Of a stretch of 64,000 nucleotides of DNA, positions 1-9,803 are shown one piece after another; within the stretch, counting starts at the first letter, position 1; each line of letters opens with the position of its first letter. Origin of the DNA: a bacterium (lineage in GTDB: Bacteria; Patescibacteriota; Minisyncoccia; Moranbacterales; DUUL01); assembly GCA_018675685.1 (NCBI GenBank), contig JABGXP010000014.1:17288-81287 (forward strand), in the 5' to 3' direction. The notes beneath the pieces were generated by a model. It had not been told where the DNA came from, did not search any database, and worked only from the letters and a program-made list of their open reading frames with translations. The translations under genes were made by a program, and so were the position numbers.

Positions 1-96
1 GGAATTCTAACTCGAGGGAGAATGACGAGAAAGGATTATACAAAGCAATCGATCATAACTGCTCTTATCCATCTGGAAAACGCCGAACTTTATTAA
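1..96 (+). CDS. C-terminal fragment, probable inosine/xanthosine triphosphatase (YjjX/DUF84 family), truncated by window edge
   Basis: Frame 1 reads GILTRGRMTRKDYTKQSIITALIHLENAELY*, resembling the YjjX C-terminus (G-x-x-T-x-G-x-x-T-R...AL...N..LY). Confidence 0.6.
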   Translation, partial: GILTRGRMTRKDYTKQSIITALIHLENAELY

Positions 97-215
97 TGGA
101 TAATCTGAGGTGTTGTGTGTTTTATGTTAAACATAGTTAAGCTGAAATTATATTCTTGCTATAATAAATCCTAATTGCTAAGATGCTAGAACTTTAAGTA
201 ATTAGATAAGAAAAG

Positions 216-1082
216 ATGCCCGAACTTCCAGAAGTGCAAACAGTTGTTGATGATTTAAAAAAAGCGATTGTCGGTGCTACAATTGTGAGCTTCGATTCTT
301 TTTGGAAGAAAAACGTTGCTTGTGGTGTGCAGAAATTCAAAAAAGAGGTGGTTGGGAAGAAAATAGAAGATATCCAAAGAAGAGCAAAATTTATCATATT
401 TAAACTAGAAGGTGACAGTGTAATTATTCTGCACTTGCGAATGACCGGGCAATTGCTTCTAGAAAAAAGCATTTCAAAGTCCAAAAAAACAACTCTACTG
501 CCGAAAAAAAAATACATTCGACATAAATGGGAGTTGAAGAAAAACGATGAAGAATATAATTTATTATTTCATGATATTCGTAAGTTTGCCACGGTTGATT
601 GGACGGACAACATAGGAAACTATAAAAGCTTTAAAAAACTAGGAGTGGAACCATTTTCGGATGAGTTTACGGTAGCTAAGCTTGCTGTTATTTTGAAAAG
701 TAAAAGAACAATTAGGAGCGTTCTCTTAGACCAACAGTTGATTGTTGGAATTGGGAATATATATGTAAGCGAGATTCTCTTTGGAGCTGGAATTTATCCC
801 GGAAGATTGGCTGACTCTCTAACTAAGCATGAAATCAGTGAGTTATATGAAAAAATTATAACCATTTTAAGTAGAGCGATTACCCTTAGGGGAACAACAT
901 TTAGCGATTATCGTGATTCCGAAGGAAAAATTGGTGGTTTTCAAAACTTCCTGAAAGTGTATAATAAAGAGGGCAAACAGTGTGAAAAAAGAGGATGCAC
1001 GGAGATAATTCAGAAAGAAGCCTTAAATCAAAGGAGTTCGTTTTGGTGTGCCGAGTGTCAAAAAAGTATAAAAAATTATTAG
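216..1082 (+). CDS. mutM: Formamidopyrimidine-DNA glycosylase (Fpg)
   Basis: N-terminal MPELPEV, HLRMTG, DIRKFA, LLDQ..GIGNIY H2TH motif, C-terminal Cys4 zinc finger. Confidence 0.97.
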   Translation: MPELPEVQTVVDDLKKAIVGATIVSFDSFWKKNVACGVQKFKKEVVGKKIEDIQRRAKFIIFKLEGDSVIILHLRMTGQLLLEKSISKSKKTTLLPKKKYIRHKWELKKNDEEYNLLFHDIRKFATVDWTDNIGNYKSFKKLGVEPFSDEFTVAKLAVILKSKRTIRSVLLDQQLIVGIGNIYVSEILFGAGIYPGRLADSLTKHEISELYEKIITILSRAITLRGTTFSDYRDSEGKIGGFQNFLKVYNKEGKQCEKRGCTEIIQKEALNQRSSFWCAECQKSIKNY

Positions 1083-1119
1083 TTAAACAGAAACAAAAAA
1101 AATTAATCAAGATCAACAA

Positions 1120-2337
1120 ATGCCAGATAATATTTCAGGTGGAATGTATCGACCACCAGTTAGACCAGTTAGCGACTCTTTAAAAAATCAGAACAGCAAA
1201 CAAAACAAGAAGAAGATAAGCCCCATTTTTTTCTTCTTAGCGATAGTTTTATGTGTTATTGGCTTTGTCGTATGGAAGGTATACCGAGCTATGGAGGAAA
1301 GGAAAATGGGGGAGCAGATAGAGGTTATTAGCGACCCAAAGGAGGTAATAAAAGAATATCCCACTGCTAACGTTGAAGATGTTAGTCCAATCTCAGGAAT
1401 TGCTTGTGACAATTGGAATAAGAGAGCTTTTGCTGTGATGCAACCATCTGATGTTTCTGCTCGACCACTTGCCGGTTTTTCTCAGGCCGACATGGTCATT
1501 GAAATGCCAGTTCTTCCGAGTGGCAAACCAAGACTCATGGGTGTTTATATTTGTGAAGGTCCTGAAGAAGTTGGTTCATTAAGAAGTGCAAGACATGACT
1601 TTTTGCATCTTGCAAAAGGGTTGGACGCAATTTTGGTCCACTGGGGTGGCTCACAATTTGCAAAAGAAAAGTTGAATGAGGGTTTGGTTGAAAATGTAAA
1701 TTGCAACAATGATGGTGGAAAATCGGCAGCCCAGTATTGTTTTAGGAAAGAGGGTTTTGCAAAGGGCGTTGACAGTGGTTATGCCAAATTTTCTAAAATC
1801 TTAGAAGGTGCTAAAAAATTTGGCTATCGAGCTGAAAATGAATTTTCAGGGTATGCTCATCAAGGAGAAGCACCAGTTGCTGACAGAATTGACAATGGAC
1901 TTTTGAAAGTAGGGCTTGATTCTTCTTCTGGAGATTTTTATGTTGAATATGAATACGACAAAGAAACAAATTCATATCTGCGACTCTGGGCAAAAAAAGA
2001 AGATGTAGATAGGAACAATGGAAAGAGAATTGCTCCTAAGAATGTGGTTGTGTTGATTGCATCTCAGGAAATTATGATGGACGATAATAATTCTGTCTAC
2101 AACAATGTGCAGCTCGGAGATCCTTGGTATGATGAAAGCGATTCAGGTGAAGCATTTTATTATTTTAATGGACAAGAAAAGCGTGGTAAGTGGAAAAAAG
2201 ATAAAACAAGAATGGATTCGAAGATGTTGTTCCTGGATCAAAACGGAAATGAAATCAAGTTTGTTCCAGGTCAAATTTGGGTTGAAGTTCTTGAGCCTGG
2301 ACGAGCGTTGAAATGGATAACTGACGAATCATTGTAG
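1120..2337 (+). CDS. DUF3048-family membrane-anchored extracellular protein (YerB-like)
   Basis: N-terminal TM; ARPLAGFSQAD..E, GSLRSAR, HWGGS, Y.YD..TNSYLR, NVVV, GQIWVEV motifs. Confidence 0.8.
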   Translation: MPDNISGGMYRPPVRPVSDSLKNQNSKQNKKKISPIFFFLAIVLCVIGFVVWKVYRAMEERKMGEQIEVISDPKEVIKEYPTANVEDVSPISGIACDNWNKRAFAVMQPSDVSARPLAGFSQADMVIEMPVLPSGKPRLMGVYICEGPEEVGSLRSARHDFLHLAKGLDAILVHWGGSQFAKEKLNEGLVENVNCNNDGGKSAAQYCFRKEGFAKGVDSGYAKFSKILEGAKKFGYRAENEFSGYAHQGEAPVADRIDNGLLKVGLDSSSGDFYVEYEYDKETNSYLRLWAKKEDVDRNNGKRIAPKNVVVLIASQEIMMDDNNSVYNNVQLGDPWYDESDSGEAFYYFNGQEKRGKWKKDKTRMDSKMLFLDQNGNEIKFVPGQIWVEVLEPGRALKWITDESL

Positions 2338-2383
2338 TTTTGAAATAGTTGGATTTGCAAGGGGTTTAGTATTAAGAATCGAA

Positions 2384-3358
2384 ATGATCAAATTCTATTT
2401 TGGAAATGAAAAATATTTAATTTTTCATAAATTTCAAGAACAAAAAGCAAAATTTAAGCGCGAGAACCCCAATGCACATATTGGTGAGTTTGATTTTGAG
2501 CAAGTCACAGATCTGAATCAAGTTAGGGAAGAACTTGTTTCGGGAGGTGGCTTGTTTTCATCTGAGAAAAGTATAATTCTCAAGAACGTTGGCAGTTTAA
2601 ACTCATTGGAACAAGAGCGACTTTTGGAGATGTTAAAAATATCAGAAGTTAGTGAAGGTGATGAATTAATTGTTTTCATTGTGTTGCTTGGCAAGGACAA
2701 GCTTCAAAGCAAACTGAAAGGTTTTTTAACCAGAAAATCCAAAAGGAATATTGAAAGCATTGAATTTAAAAAGAAAAAAGAAGCAGAAGTGAAAGAATGG
2801 GCTATCTCTGAATTAGAGAAAAGAAGTGATGCAAATGTTGGGATTGAAAAAAAGGGTTTGAATGAATTAGTTTTAATGATGAATGGAGATCTGTGGAGAA
2901 TTAGCAATGAGTTGGATAAACTTATTTGTTTTGTAGAGAAAGGAAAAATTGATTCAGAGGACATTCAAAGGCTTTGTAGCGGAGAAATTGAGGCAGGAAT
3001 CTTTGATTTGGTTGATGCGATTGGAGCAAAAAATCTTGAAAGAGCGATGACATTAAAAAATCGCCTAATTACTCAGGGTGATAATGAATTTTTTATATTT
3101 TCAATGATAGTTTCTCAAGTCAGAAATCTAATCAAAATTTCTGATTGTGTCACAAAAGGTATCAGTAAATCAGATCAGATTGCAAAACTGTGTAGAATCC
3201 ATCCATTCGTTGTAAAGAAAACTTTAACACAATTAAGAAGCTTTCCAATAGAGAAGCTTCGCCTTACCTATAAACTAGCGACAGATATTGACAGAGAGGC
3301 CAAAAAAGGACAACGTGACATGAAGGAAGCTCTCGATTATTTTATTGCAAAGATATAG
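2384..3358 (+). CDS. holA: DNA polymerase III delta subunit
   Basis: GLFSSEK, GDLWRISNELDKL, IFDLVDAI, IHPFVVKK motifs; 324 aa. Confidence 0.9.
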   Translation: MIKFYFGNEKYLIFHKFQEQKAKFKRENPNAHIGEFDFEQVTDLNQVREELVSGGGLFSSEKSIILKNVGSLNSLEQERLLEMLKISEVSEGDELIVFIVLLGKDKLQSKLKGFLTRKSKRNIESIEFKKKKEAEVKEWAISELEKRSDANVGIEKKGLNELVLMMNGDLWRISNELDKLICFVEKGKIDSEDIQRLCSGEIEAGIFDLVDAIGAKNLERAMTLKNRLITQGDNEFFIFSMIVSQVRNLIKISDCVTKGISKSDQIAKLCRIHPFVVKKTLTQLRSFPIEKLRLTYKLATDIDREAKKGQRDMKEALDYFIAKI

Positions 3359-3375
3359 TTTTTAAAAGTATAGAA

Positions 3376-4572
3376 ATGAGTGAGATTATAGACAGAATCC
3401 CAACATTTTCAGTTTCTCAGTATGTTGGTTTTATCAACAATTTGACAGCCGCTGTGCCAGTTCTAGTTGAGGGAGAAATAAGTAACTTCAGAGATATTCC
3501 CGGAAGAAATTTTTGTTATTTTGATATTAAGGACAAAAATGCTGTTGCAAAATGTTTCCAAGGGTTTTGGCACAGTAAGAAAGTTGCACTTGAGAATGGT
3601 GCGACGGTGAAGATTTTTGGCAACCCAACCTTGCAGAAAAATGGCTCCTTAGTAATTGATGTAAGGGAGGTTTTTTTGATTGGTGATGGAGCTCTAAGAA
3701 AGCAATACCAGGAGCTTAAAGAGCGACTTGAAAAAGAAGGATTGTTTGGTTTAGAGTTTAAAAAGGAAATTCCCATTTTTCCAATTTCCATTGGCCTAAT
3801 CGCTGGGAAAAACTCTAGCGCCTACCACGACGTAGTGACTGAGATTTCTGAACGATGGGGAAATGTAGAGATCTTTTTTCATGGGGTAAAAGTCCAGGGT
3901 ATTAATGCTAGAAAAGAGATTGTGCAGGCAATTAGATATTTCAATAGACGACAAACAGTTGATGTTTTGATTGTTGCGAGAGGCGGTGGGAGTATGGAGG
4001 ATCTACAAGCTTTTGATTCAGAGGATGTAGTGAGAGAGATTTTTGCCTCTAAAATCCCGACTATCAGTGCAATCGGTCACGAAGATCATTGGACGCTTGC
4101 TGATTTTGTTGCGGATGTACGAGCAAAAACACCCACAAAGGCAGCACAGATTGCTGTGCCTGACCGAGATGAAATTTCAGATAAATTAGATTTTTTTTCA
4201 ACAAGAGTCAAAGGTTTGGTTCAAGCCAAGTTGAGCGAAGCGAAAATAAATGTAAATACTCTAAATGATAAACTACGGACGAAGATTGAGGATAAATTAG
4301 CTAGAATTAGACAGGACATTAAGTTTCAGCAAGAATCGCTTACAGTTATTGTAAAAAAGAACATAGAAGATAAGCGAAATAGACTTGAAAATCTTTGCAA
4401 AATGCTCGGAGCATTAAACCCCGAAAGTATTTTAAAGAGAGGGTACGGCGTTGTGCAAAAAAAAGGCAAAAGAATCACCGATATTGATGAAGTGAAAGTA
4501 GGGGATGAAATTTCAGTGAGGTTGCAAAATGGAGAAATAAGAAGTAAAATACAAGAAGTGAGAAGTATTTAG
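3376..4572 (+). CDS. xseA: Exodeoxyribonuclease VII large subunit
   Basis: VEGEISNF, ARGGGSMEDL..F, SAIGHEDH, TPTKAA, LNPESILKRGY. Confidence 0.96.
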   Translation: MSEIIDRIPTFSVSQYVGFINNLTAAVPVLVEGEISNFRDIPGRNFCYFDIKDKNAVAKCFQGFWHSKKVALENGATVKIFGNPTLQKNGSLVIDVREVFLIGDGALRKQYQELKERLEKEGLFGLEFKKEIPIFPISIGLIAGKNSSAYHDVVTEISERWGNVEIFFHGVKVQGINARKEIVQAIRYFNRRQTVDVLIVARGGGSMEDLQAFDSEDVVREIFASKIPTISAIGHEDHWTLADFVADVRAKTPTKAAQIAVPDRDEISDKLDFFSTRVKGLVQAKLSEAKINVNTLNDKLRTKIEDKLARIRQDIKFQQESLTVIVKKNIEDKRNRLENLCKMLGALNPESILKRGYGVVQKKGKRITDIDEVKVGDEISVRLQNGEIRSKIQEVRSI

Positions 4573-4608
4573 TTATAAAACAACAATGCGAGGCATTAAA
4601 TGTAAAAA

Positions 4609-4803
4609 ATGGTAAAAAAAACAGAAAGCTTCGAGGGTTTATTTAAGGAGATTCAAAAAGCAGTTGAAGATCTTGAGCAAAACAAACTTTCGGTTGACAA
4701 CGCAATGGAGAAGTATCAAGAGGCAATAAAAAAAATTGCTACAGCTCGAAAAATAATAGATAAAATGGAGACAAAAATTAGTGAAATTTCTGTTAAGCAA
4801 TAG
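4609..4803 (+). CDS. xseB: Exodeoxyribonuclease VII small subunit
   Basis: 64-aa helical protein (SFE...V..LE...LSVD.AM..Y) directly after xseA. Confidence 0.85.
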   Translation: MVKKTESFEGLFKEIQKAVEDLEQNKLSVDNAMEKYQEAIKKIATARKIIDKMETKISEISVKQ

Positions 4804-4830
4804 GAAGGTTAAAAGTTTTAAGTTAATAAT

Positions 4831-6333
4831 ATGGGAAAATATCGTCCAACAATTGGAATGGAAGTTCATGTTGAACTTGCAACAAAGAGTAAGATGTTTT
4901 GTGGGTGTAAGAATGGGATGGGGCAAGAAAAAAGTCCAAATAAAAATATTTGTCCAGTTTGTACTGGTCAACCAGGCGCAATACCAGTACCAAATGCACA
5001 AGCAATTGAATTTACAATTCAGGCTGGTTTGGCTTTGGATTGTCATATCGCAAAAGAGTCTAAATTCGACAGGAAAAATTATTTCTATCCAGACTTGCCG
5101 AAAGGTTATCAAATTTCTCAATTTGATAAACCGATTTGCTCTCGTGGTAGCTTGAAGTTTACGCTTAAGAGTGATGATGGAACTGTGGTGGGGACTGAAA
5201 AAGTTGGAATTACAAGGATTCATCTCGAGGAAGATACTGGAAAATTGGTTCATGAAGGTAAAAACACATTAGTCGATTTCAATCGAGCTTGTGTGCCACT
5301 TATGGAACTTGTAACAGATCCGGATATCAACTCTGCTGCAGAGGCAAAGCGTTTTTGTGAAGATCTAAGATTACTTTTTAGATATCTGGGAATTTCTCCA
5401 GCTGATATGGAAAAGGGGCAGATGCGTTGCGAGGCTAATATTTCTTTGTATGAAGTGGGAAAGGATCCACTCTCAGGAACCAAGGTTGAATTGAAGAATT
5501 TAAATTCTTTTAGAGCTGTTGAGCGAGGAATAGAATATGAGATTGAAAGACAAACAGAGGTTTTAACAAGTGGTGGTGTTGTTCACCAAGAAACAAGAGG
5601 TTGGGATGAGAAAAAAGGAAGAACCTTTCTTCAGAGAAGCAAGGAGGATGCACATGACTATAGATATTTTCCAGAACCAGATATTGCTCCATTTAAATTG
5701 GAGGAGTCATATGTGGAATTGTTAAGAGAAAAATTGCCAGAGCTTCCAACAGAAAAAAGAAATCGATTTGTAGAGCAATTTGGTTTAAAATTAGAAAATG
5801 CTAGCATTTTGGTTGTGAATAAGGAATTGGCTGAATATTTTGAAAATGTCGCCAGTGAGTTGGAAAATTGGATGAAAGAAGAAGGGCACAGCTTTAATGA
5901 AGAGGATACGAAGAAACTCTTTAGGCTCGCTGCTAACTATATTCTCACGGAACTTTCTAGGAGAATTTCAGATACTGAGGGAGGAATGAAAGATTTTAAA
6001 ATTTCAGCGGAGAATTTTGCAGAACTTATTAAAATTGTATACGAAGGGGAGATCAATTCATCTGCAGCACAGACAGTACTCGGAGTGATGTTTGAAACCG
6101 GGGCTGATCCATCTCATGTCGTTGAAGAAAAAGGCTTAGCGCAAACCTCAGATGAGGGTGAACTAGGAGATATTATTGAAAAAATTATTACAGATAATTC
6201 TGGTCCGACGGAGGACTATAAAAATGGGAAGGAGAATGCAATTAAATTCTTAGTGGGGCAAGTAATGGCTGCTACTAAAGGCTCAGCAAACCCACAAGTT
6301 GTGAAAAAGGTGTTGATGGAGAAATTGAGCTAG
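4831..6333 (+). CDS. gatB: Asp/Glu-tRNA amidotransferase subunit B
   Basis: IGMEVHVEL, FDRKNYFYPDLPKGYQISQ, HLEEDTGK, DYRYFPEPD, C-terminal YqeY-like domain. Confidence 0.98.
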   Translation: MGKYRPTIGMEVHVELATKSKMFCGCKNGMGQEKSPNKNICPVCTGQPGAIPVPNAQAIEFTIQAGLALDCHIAKESKFDRKNYFYPDLPKGYQISQFDKPICSRGSLKFTLKSDDGTVVGTEKVGITRIHLEEDTGKLVHEGKNTLVDFNRACVPLMELVTDPDINSAAEAKRFCEDLRLLFRYLGISPADMEKGQMRCEANISLYEVGKDPLSGTKVELKNLNSFRAVERGIEYEIERQTEVLTSGGVVHQETRGWDEKKGRTFLQRSKEDAHDYRYFPEPDIAPFKLEESYVELLREKLPELPTEKRNRFVEQFGLKLENASILVVNKELAEYFENVASELENWMKEEGHSFNEEDTKKLFRLAANYILTELSRRISDTEGGMKDFKISAENFAELIKIVYEGEINSSAAQTVLGVMFETGADPSHVVEEKGLAQTSDEGELGDIIEKIITDNSGPTEDYKNGKENAIKFLVGQVMAATKGSANPQVVKKVLMEKLS

Positions 6334-6424
6334 CAGAACCCTCAATATGTTCAGTCGTATACCAGCTTATACCGTAGAACTAAAAAGCTTTTTGAAGAAT
6401 TTGAATAAAAGTTAAAATAAAAAA

Positions 6425-6958
6425 ATGGAAAATCAAAACCAAACAGGGGAAGAAGAGGCTTTGGCTAAACCTAGAAGCGAAGATTTTTTGGATAGTAATA
6501 AGAAGTTGCCGCAATCAACAAGCCATCAGGATGATGGGAAAAAAAACGTAGCTTTTAAACAAAAAACTCATAAAGATTTGCACGCGGAAAATGCCGAATT
6601 CCAACAAACAATGCATTCTCAAAATGCAAAACAAGCATATTATATTCCAGACGGTGTCCCAGATGAATTAGTAGAAGATCTAAGCGGATCAAAAGCCAGA
6701 TCAAAGGGTATTATCTCAATTGTTTGCGCAGTGATTTCTCTGGTATTTTTCCCTCCAGTTTTTGGTTTTATCGGAGTATCTTTCGGAGTGAAAGCGAGAA
6801 AATTAGGAGCCAAAACACTCGGGTCAGTTGGAATTATTCTTTCCTCGGTGTTTATGGGCGTTGGAATTGCATTAAGTAGTTGGTATTTCAATTCCGAAAA
6901 AGCAAGTGGAGAGGAACTTATAGGCGGAACAGTTGGTTTGTTTTTGAAACTTTTTTAA
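6425..6958 (+). CDS. Membrane protein with DUF4190-like two-helix C-terminus
   Basis: Hydrophilic N-terminus, then GIISIVCAVISLVFFPPVFGFIGV..G..A...G.VGIIL. Confidence 0.55.
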   Translation: MENQNQTGEEEALAKPRSEDFLDSNKKLPQSTSHQDDGKKNVAFKQKTHKDLHAENAEFQQTMHSQNAKQAYYIPDGVPDELVEDLSGSKARSKGIISIVCAVISLVFFPPVFGFIGVSFGVKARKLGAKTLGSVGIILSSVFMGVGIALSSWYFNSEKASGEELIGGTVGLFLKLF

Positions 6959-6973
6959 TTTCAATTTATAGAT

Positions 6974-7780
6974 ATGTCTTGGATGATATTTATAGTTTAT
7001 TTTGTTGTTGTGATTTTGCCAGTTGTTTTTTGGTTTAAGTTTTTTCGTCATCAAGACAGAGCTGAGCCTGAACCGAAGAAGCTGCTTTTTAAAGTATTTC
7101 TTGGTGGAATCCCAGTTGTGGCACTTGCTAGTGTCGCCGAAGGTATTTTGGAAGGAGTTTTTTTTCCTCAAATATCAACCAAATTAGCAGAAACAGTAGG
7201 AGGAGGCATTCAAGATTTCGTAGGTTCACCCGAACAACTTTTTGGCTTTTTGGCTATATATTTTTTAGCTGGTCCAGTTGAGGAGTTCATGAAGTTTTTT
7301 GTTTTAAAACAATTAGTGTATCGAAAGATTGCCTTCAATCAGGTTGCGGATGGTTTGATTTATGCAGTGACAATTGCACTTAGCTTTTCTTTAATTGAAA
7401 ATTCAATTTACTTTTTCAATATATTAGATGAAATGTCGCTTTCTTTTGATTTTATCGCTATTGTGGTAATTCGTGGGGTGATAACAACAATGTTACATGT
7501 GTTAGCTGCGGCAATTATGGGTTTGTATCTTGGACGGGCAAAATTTGCTAAGAAGAATAAAAAGAAACTTATAGTCAAAGGAGTTGTCATCGCGGCAATG
7601 GTTCACGGAACTTATAACGTTGCAATCTTCCTTTCTTTTGGGATGTTGGTTAATATTTTTTTACTAGCAGTTTGTTTTAGATATATCATGAGAGAACTAA
7701 AGACGGAAGAATCACGCATGGTTTGGCGTCTGGTTATACCAAAAGAAGAAGTTATAAGCTCAGACAGTGAGTTAGGATGA
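6974..7780 (+). CDS. PrsW-family intramembrane metalloprotease
   Basis: DRAEPEP, AGPVEEFMK, FSLIEN, LH, HGTYN motifs; multiple TM helices. Confidence 0.9.
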   Translation: MSWMIFIVYFVVVILPVVFWFKFFRHQDRAEPEPKKLLFKVFLGGIPVVALASVAEGILEGVFFPQISTKLAETVGGGIQDFVGSPEQLFGFLAIYFLAGPVEEFMKFFVLKQLVYRKIAFNQVADGLIYAVTIALSFSLIENSIYFFNILDEMSLSFDFIAIVVIRGVITTMLHVLAAAIMGLYLGRAKFAKKNKKKLIVKGVVIAAMVHGTYNVAIFLSFGMLVNIFLLAVCFRYIMRELKTEESRMVWRLVIPKEEVISSDSELG

Positions 7781-7939
7781 ACAGTGCTATAGGAAAAATA
7801 AAAAGAATAGCCGAGAGCTCTTTTTTCGATAGATAAATTAAGTAAAAAATAAAAAAGATTCCTAATTTTTTTAGGTTGAATTTTTTGTATAGCTAAGCTA
7901 TAATTGGAGCAACTATTAAAAATTAGTAAAGCCAAGAAA

Positions 7940-9772
7940 ATGTTTACAGCCGATGAATTGAGGGAAAAGTATCTGGAGTTTTTTAAAGAAAAGAATCATG
8001 CCATTATTCCTTCAGCCTCAATTGTTCCAGAAAATGATCCAACAACACTTTTTATCACGGCTGGAATGCACCCCTTGGTGCCATATCTAATGGGCGAAAA
8101 ACACCCGCAAGGAACACGTCTTGTGGATACTCAAAAATGTATTCGCACGATTGATATTGATGAGGTTGGTGACACTACCCACCATACATTTTTTGAGATG
8201 TTGGGAAATTGGTCACTTGGGGACTATTTTAAAAAAGAGGCAATCGCTTGGAGTTGGGAATTTTTGACTGACGAAAAGTGGCTTGGATTAGATAAAAATC
8301 GAATTGCCGTTTCTGTTTTTGAGGGAGAAAACAAAGGGAAGGACAATGAAATTCCTTTTGACAAGGAGGCGTATGGAGTATGGAAGGAAATCTTTGAAAA
8401 AAATAATTTACCAATAGAAAGAATTACTCGACTTGATCGAGAGGCTAATTGGTGGGGACCAGCAGGAGAGACAGGCCCTTGTGGACCAGACAGTGAAATG
8501 TTCTATTGGGTTGGTGACGAAAAGAATGTCCCAGAAAGCTTTAATGATGATAATGATTCGTGGGTTGAAATTTGGAACGATGTCTTTATGGAGTATCACA
8601 AAAATGAAAAAGGCGAATATGTGAAGATGGAAAAACAAAACGTGGACACCGGAATGGGGCTTATCCGAGTCCTAGCAGCACTTAACGGTTTGGACGACAA
8701 TTATAAAACAAGTTTGTTCGTGCCGATCATTGAGAAAATAGAGAAACTTTCTGGTTTTGAATATGGGGATGGAACGGATGAAGAATGTGTTCAGGAGAAA
8801 GGTCAGTGTTGGGTAGACACTAGAAAATCAATGCGAATTATCGCTGATCATATCAAGGCTGCAGTCTTTATGATTGCTGATGGCGTGGAGCCGGCTAATT
8901 CTGACAGAGGTTATATCTTGCGACGGTTGATTAGACGGGCTGTGAGACAAGGGCATGTGATTGGAGTTGAAGAGAATTTTACAGTTAGTATAGCAATCGT
9001 TGTCCAGGGGTTATATGAAAATATTTTCCCAGAAGTGCTGAACAAAAAAGTTTTAGCGGAACTAGAGAAAGAGGAAGAGAAATTTAGAAAAAGTCTTGAA
9101 AATGGTTTGAAGAAATTCGAAAAAGTTAAAAGTGGTTTAACAGGGAAAGTAGCCTTTGATTTATTTCAAACATATGGATTTCCGATTGAAATGATCAAGG
9201 AAGAAGCCAAATTAAAACAAATTAAGTTTACTGAAAATGAAGAGAGGGAATTTGAGGCGGCACTTAAAAAACATCAAGAGCTTTCAAGAACAGCATCTGC
9301 TGGAATGTTTAAAGGTGGCTTGGCTGACACAGGAGAAGAGACGAGGCAATTGCACACAGTAGCTCATTTGATGCTTTCAGGGCTTCGAAAAGTTCTTGGG
9401 GAGCACGTGCATCAAAGAGGTTCTAATATTAATGGTGAGCGGGTTCGTTTTGATTTTTCGCATGGCGAGAAAATGACGGATGAGGAAAAGAAGGCAGTTG
9501 AGAATTATGTAAATGAGGCAATCGAGGCAAAAATTCCTGTTCAAATGAGTGAAATGAGCGTTGACGAAGCGAAAACAAAAGGTGCAGAAGGTGCATTTGA
9601 GAATAAATATGGAGATGTGGTTAAAGTTTTTGCAGTTGGTGAGTACTCGACGGAGATTTGTGGAGGACCACATGTTGAAAATACTGCTGATATCAAGGGT
9701 AGATTTAAGATTAAAAAAGAACAAAGTTCAAGCAGTGGAGTGCGGAGAATAAAAGCTATTTTAGAGAGATAG
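7940..9772 (+). CDS. alaS: Alanine--tRNA ligase (compact, no C-Ala domain)
   Basis: DPTTLFITAGM, HHTFFEMLGNWS, VDTGMG, GYILRRLIRRA, editing HTVAH and CGGPH, GVRRI; ATG at 7940 preferred. Confidence 0.97.
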   Translation: MFTADELREKYLEFFKEKNHAIIPSASIVPENDPTTLFITAGMHPLVPYLMGEKHPQGTRLVDTQKCIRTIDIDEVGDTTHHTFFEMLGNWSLGDYFKKEAIAWSWEFLTDEKWLGLDKNRIAVSVFEGENKGKDNEIPFDKEAYGVWKEIFEKNNLPIERITRLDREANWWGPAGETGPCGPDSEMFYWVGDEKNVPESFNDDNDSWVEIWNDVFMEYHKNEKGEYVKMEKQNVDTGMGLIRVLAALNGLDDNYKTSLFVPIIEKIEKLSGFEYGDGTDEECVQEKGQCWVDTRKSMRIIADHIKAAVFMIADGVEPANSDRGYILRRLIRRAVRQGHVIGVEENFTVSIAIVVQGLYENIFPEVLNKKVLAELEKEEEKFRKSLENGLKKFEKVKSGLTGKVAFDLFQTYGFPIEMIKEEAKLKQIKFTENEEREFEAALKKHQELSRTASAGMFKGGLADTGEETRQLHTVAHLMLSGLRKVLGEHVHQRGSNINGERVRFDFSHGEKMTDEEKKAVENYVNEAIEAKIPVQMSEMSVDEAKTKGAEGAFENKYGDVVKVFAVGEYSTEICGGPHVENTADIKGRFKIKKEQSSSSGVRRIKAILER

Positions 9773-9803
9773 GAATTTTTTGAGGATAATTATATATAAA
9801 AAT

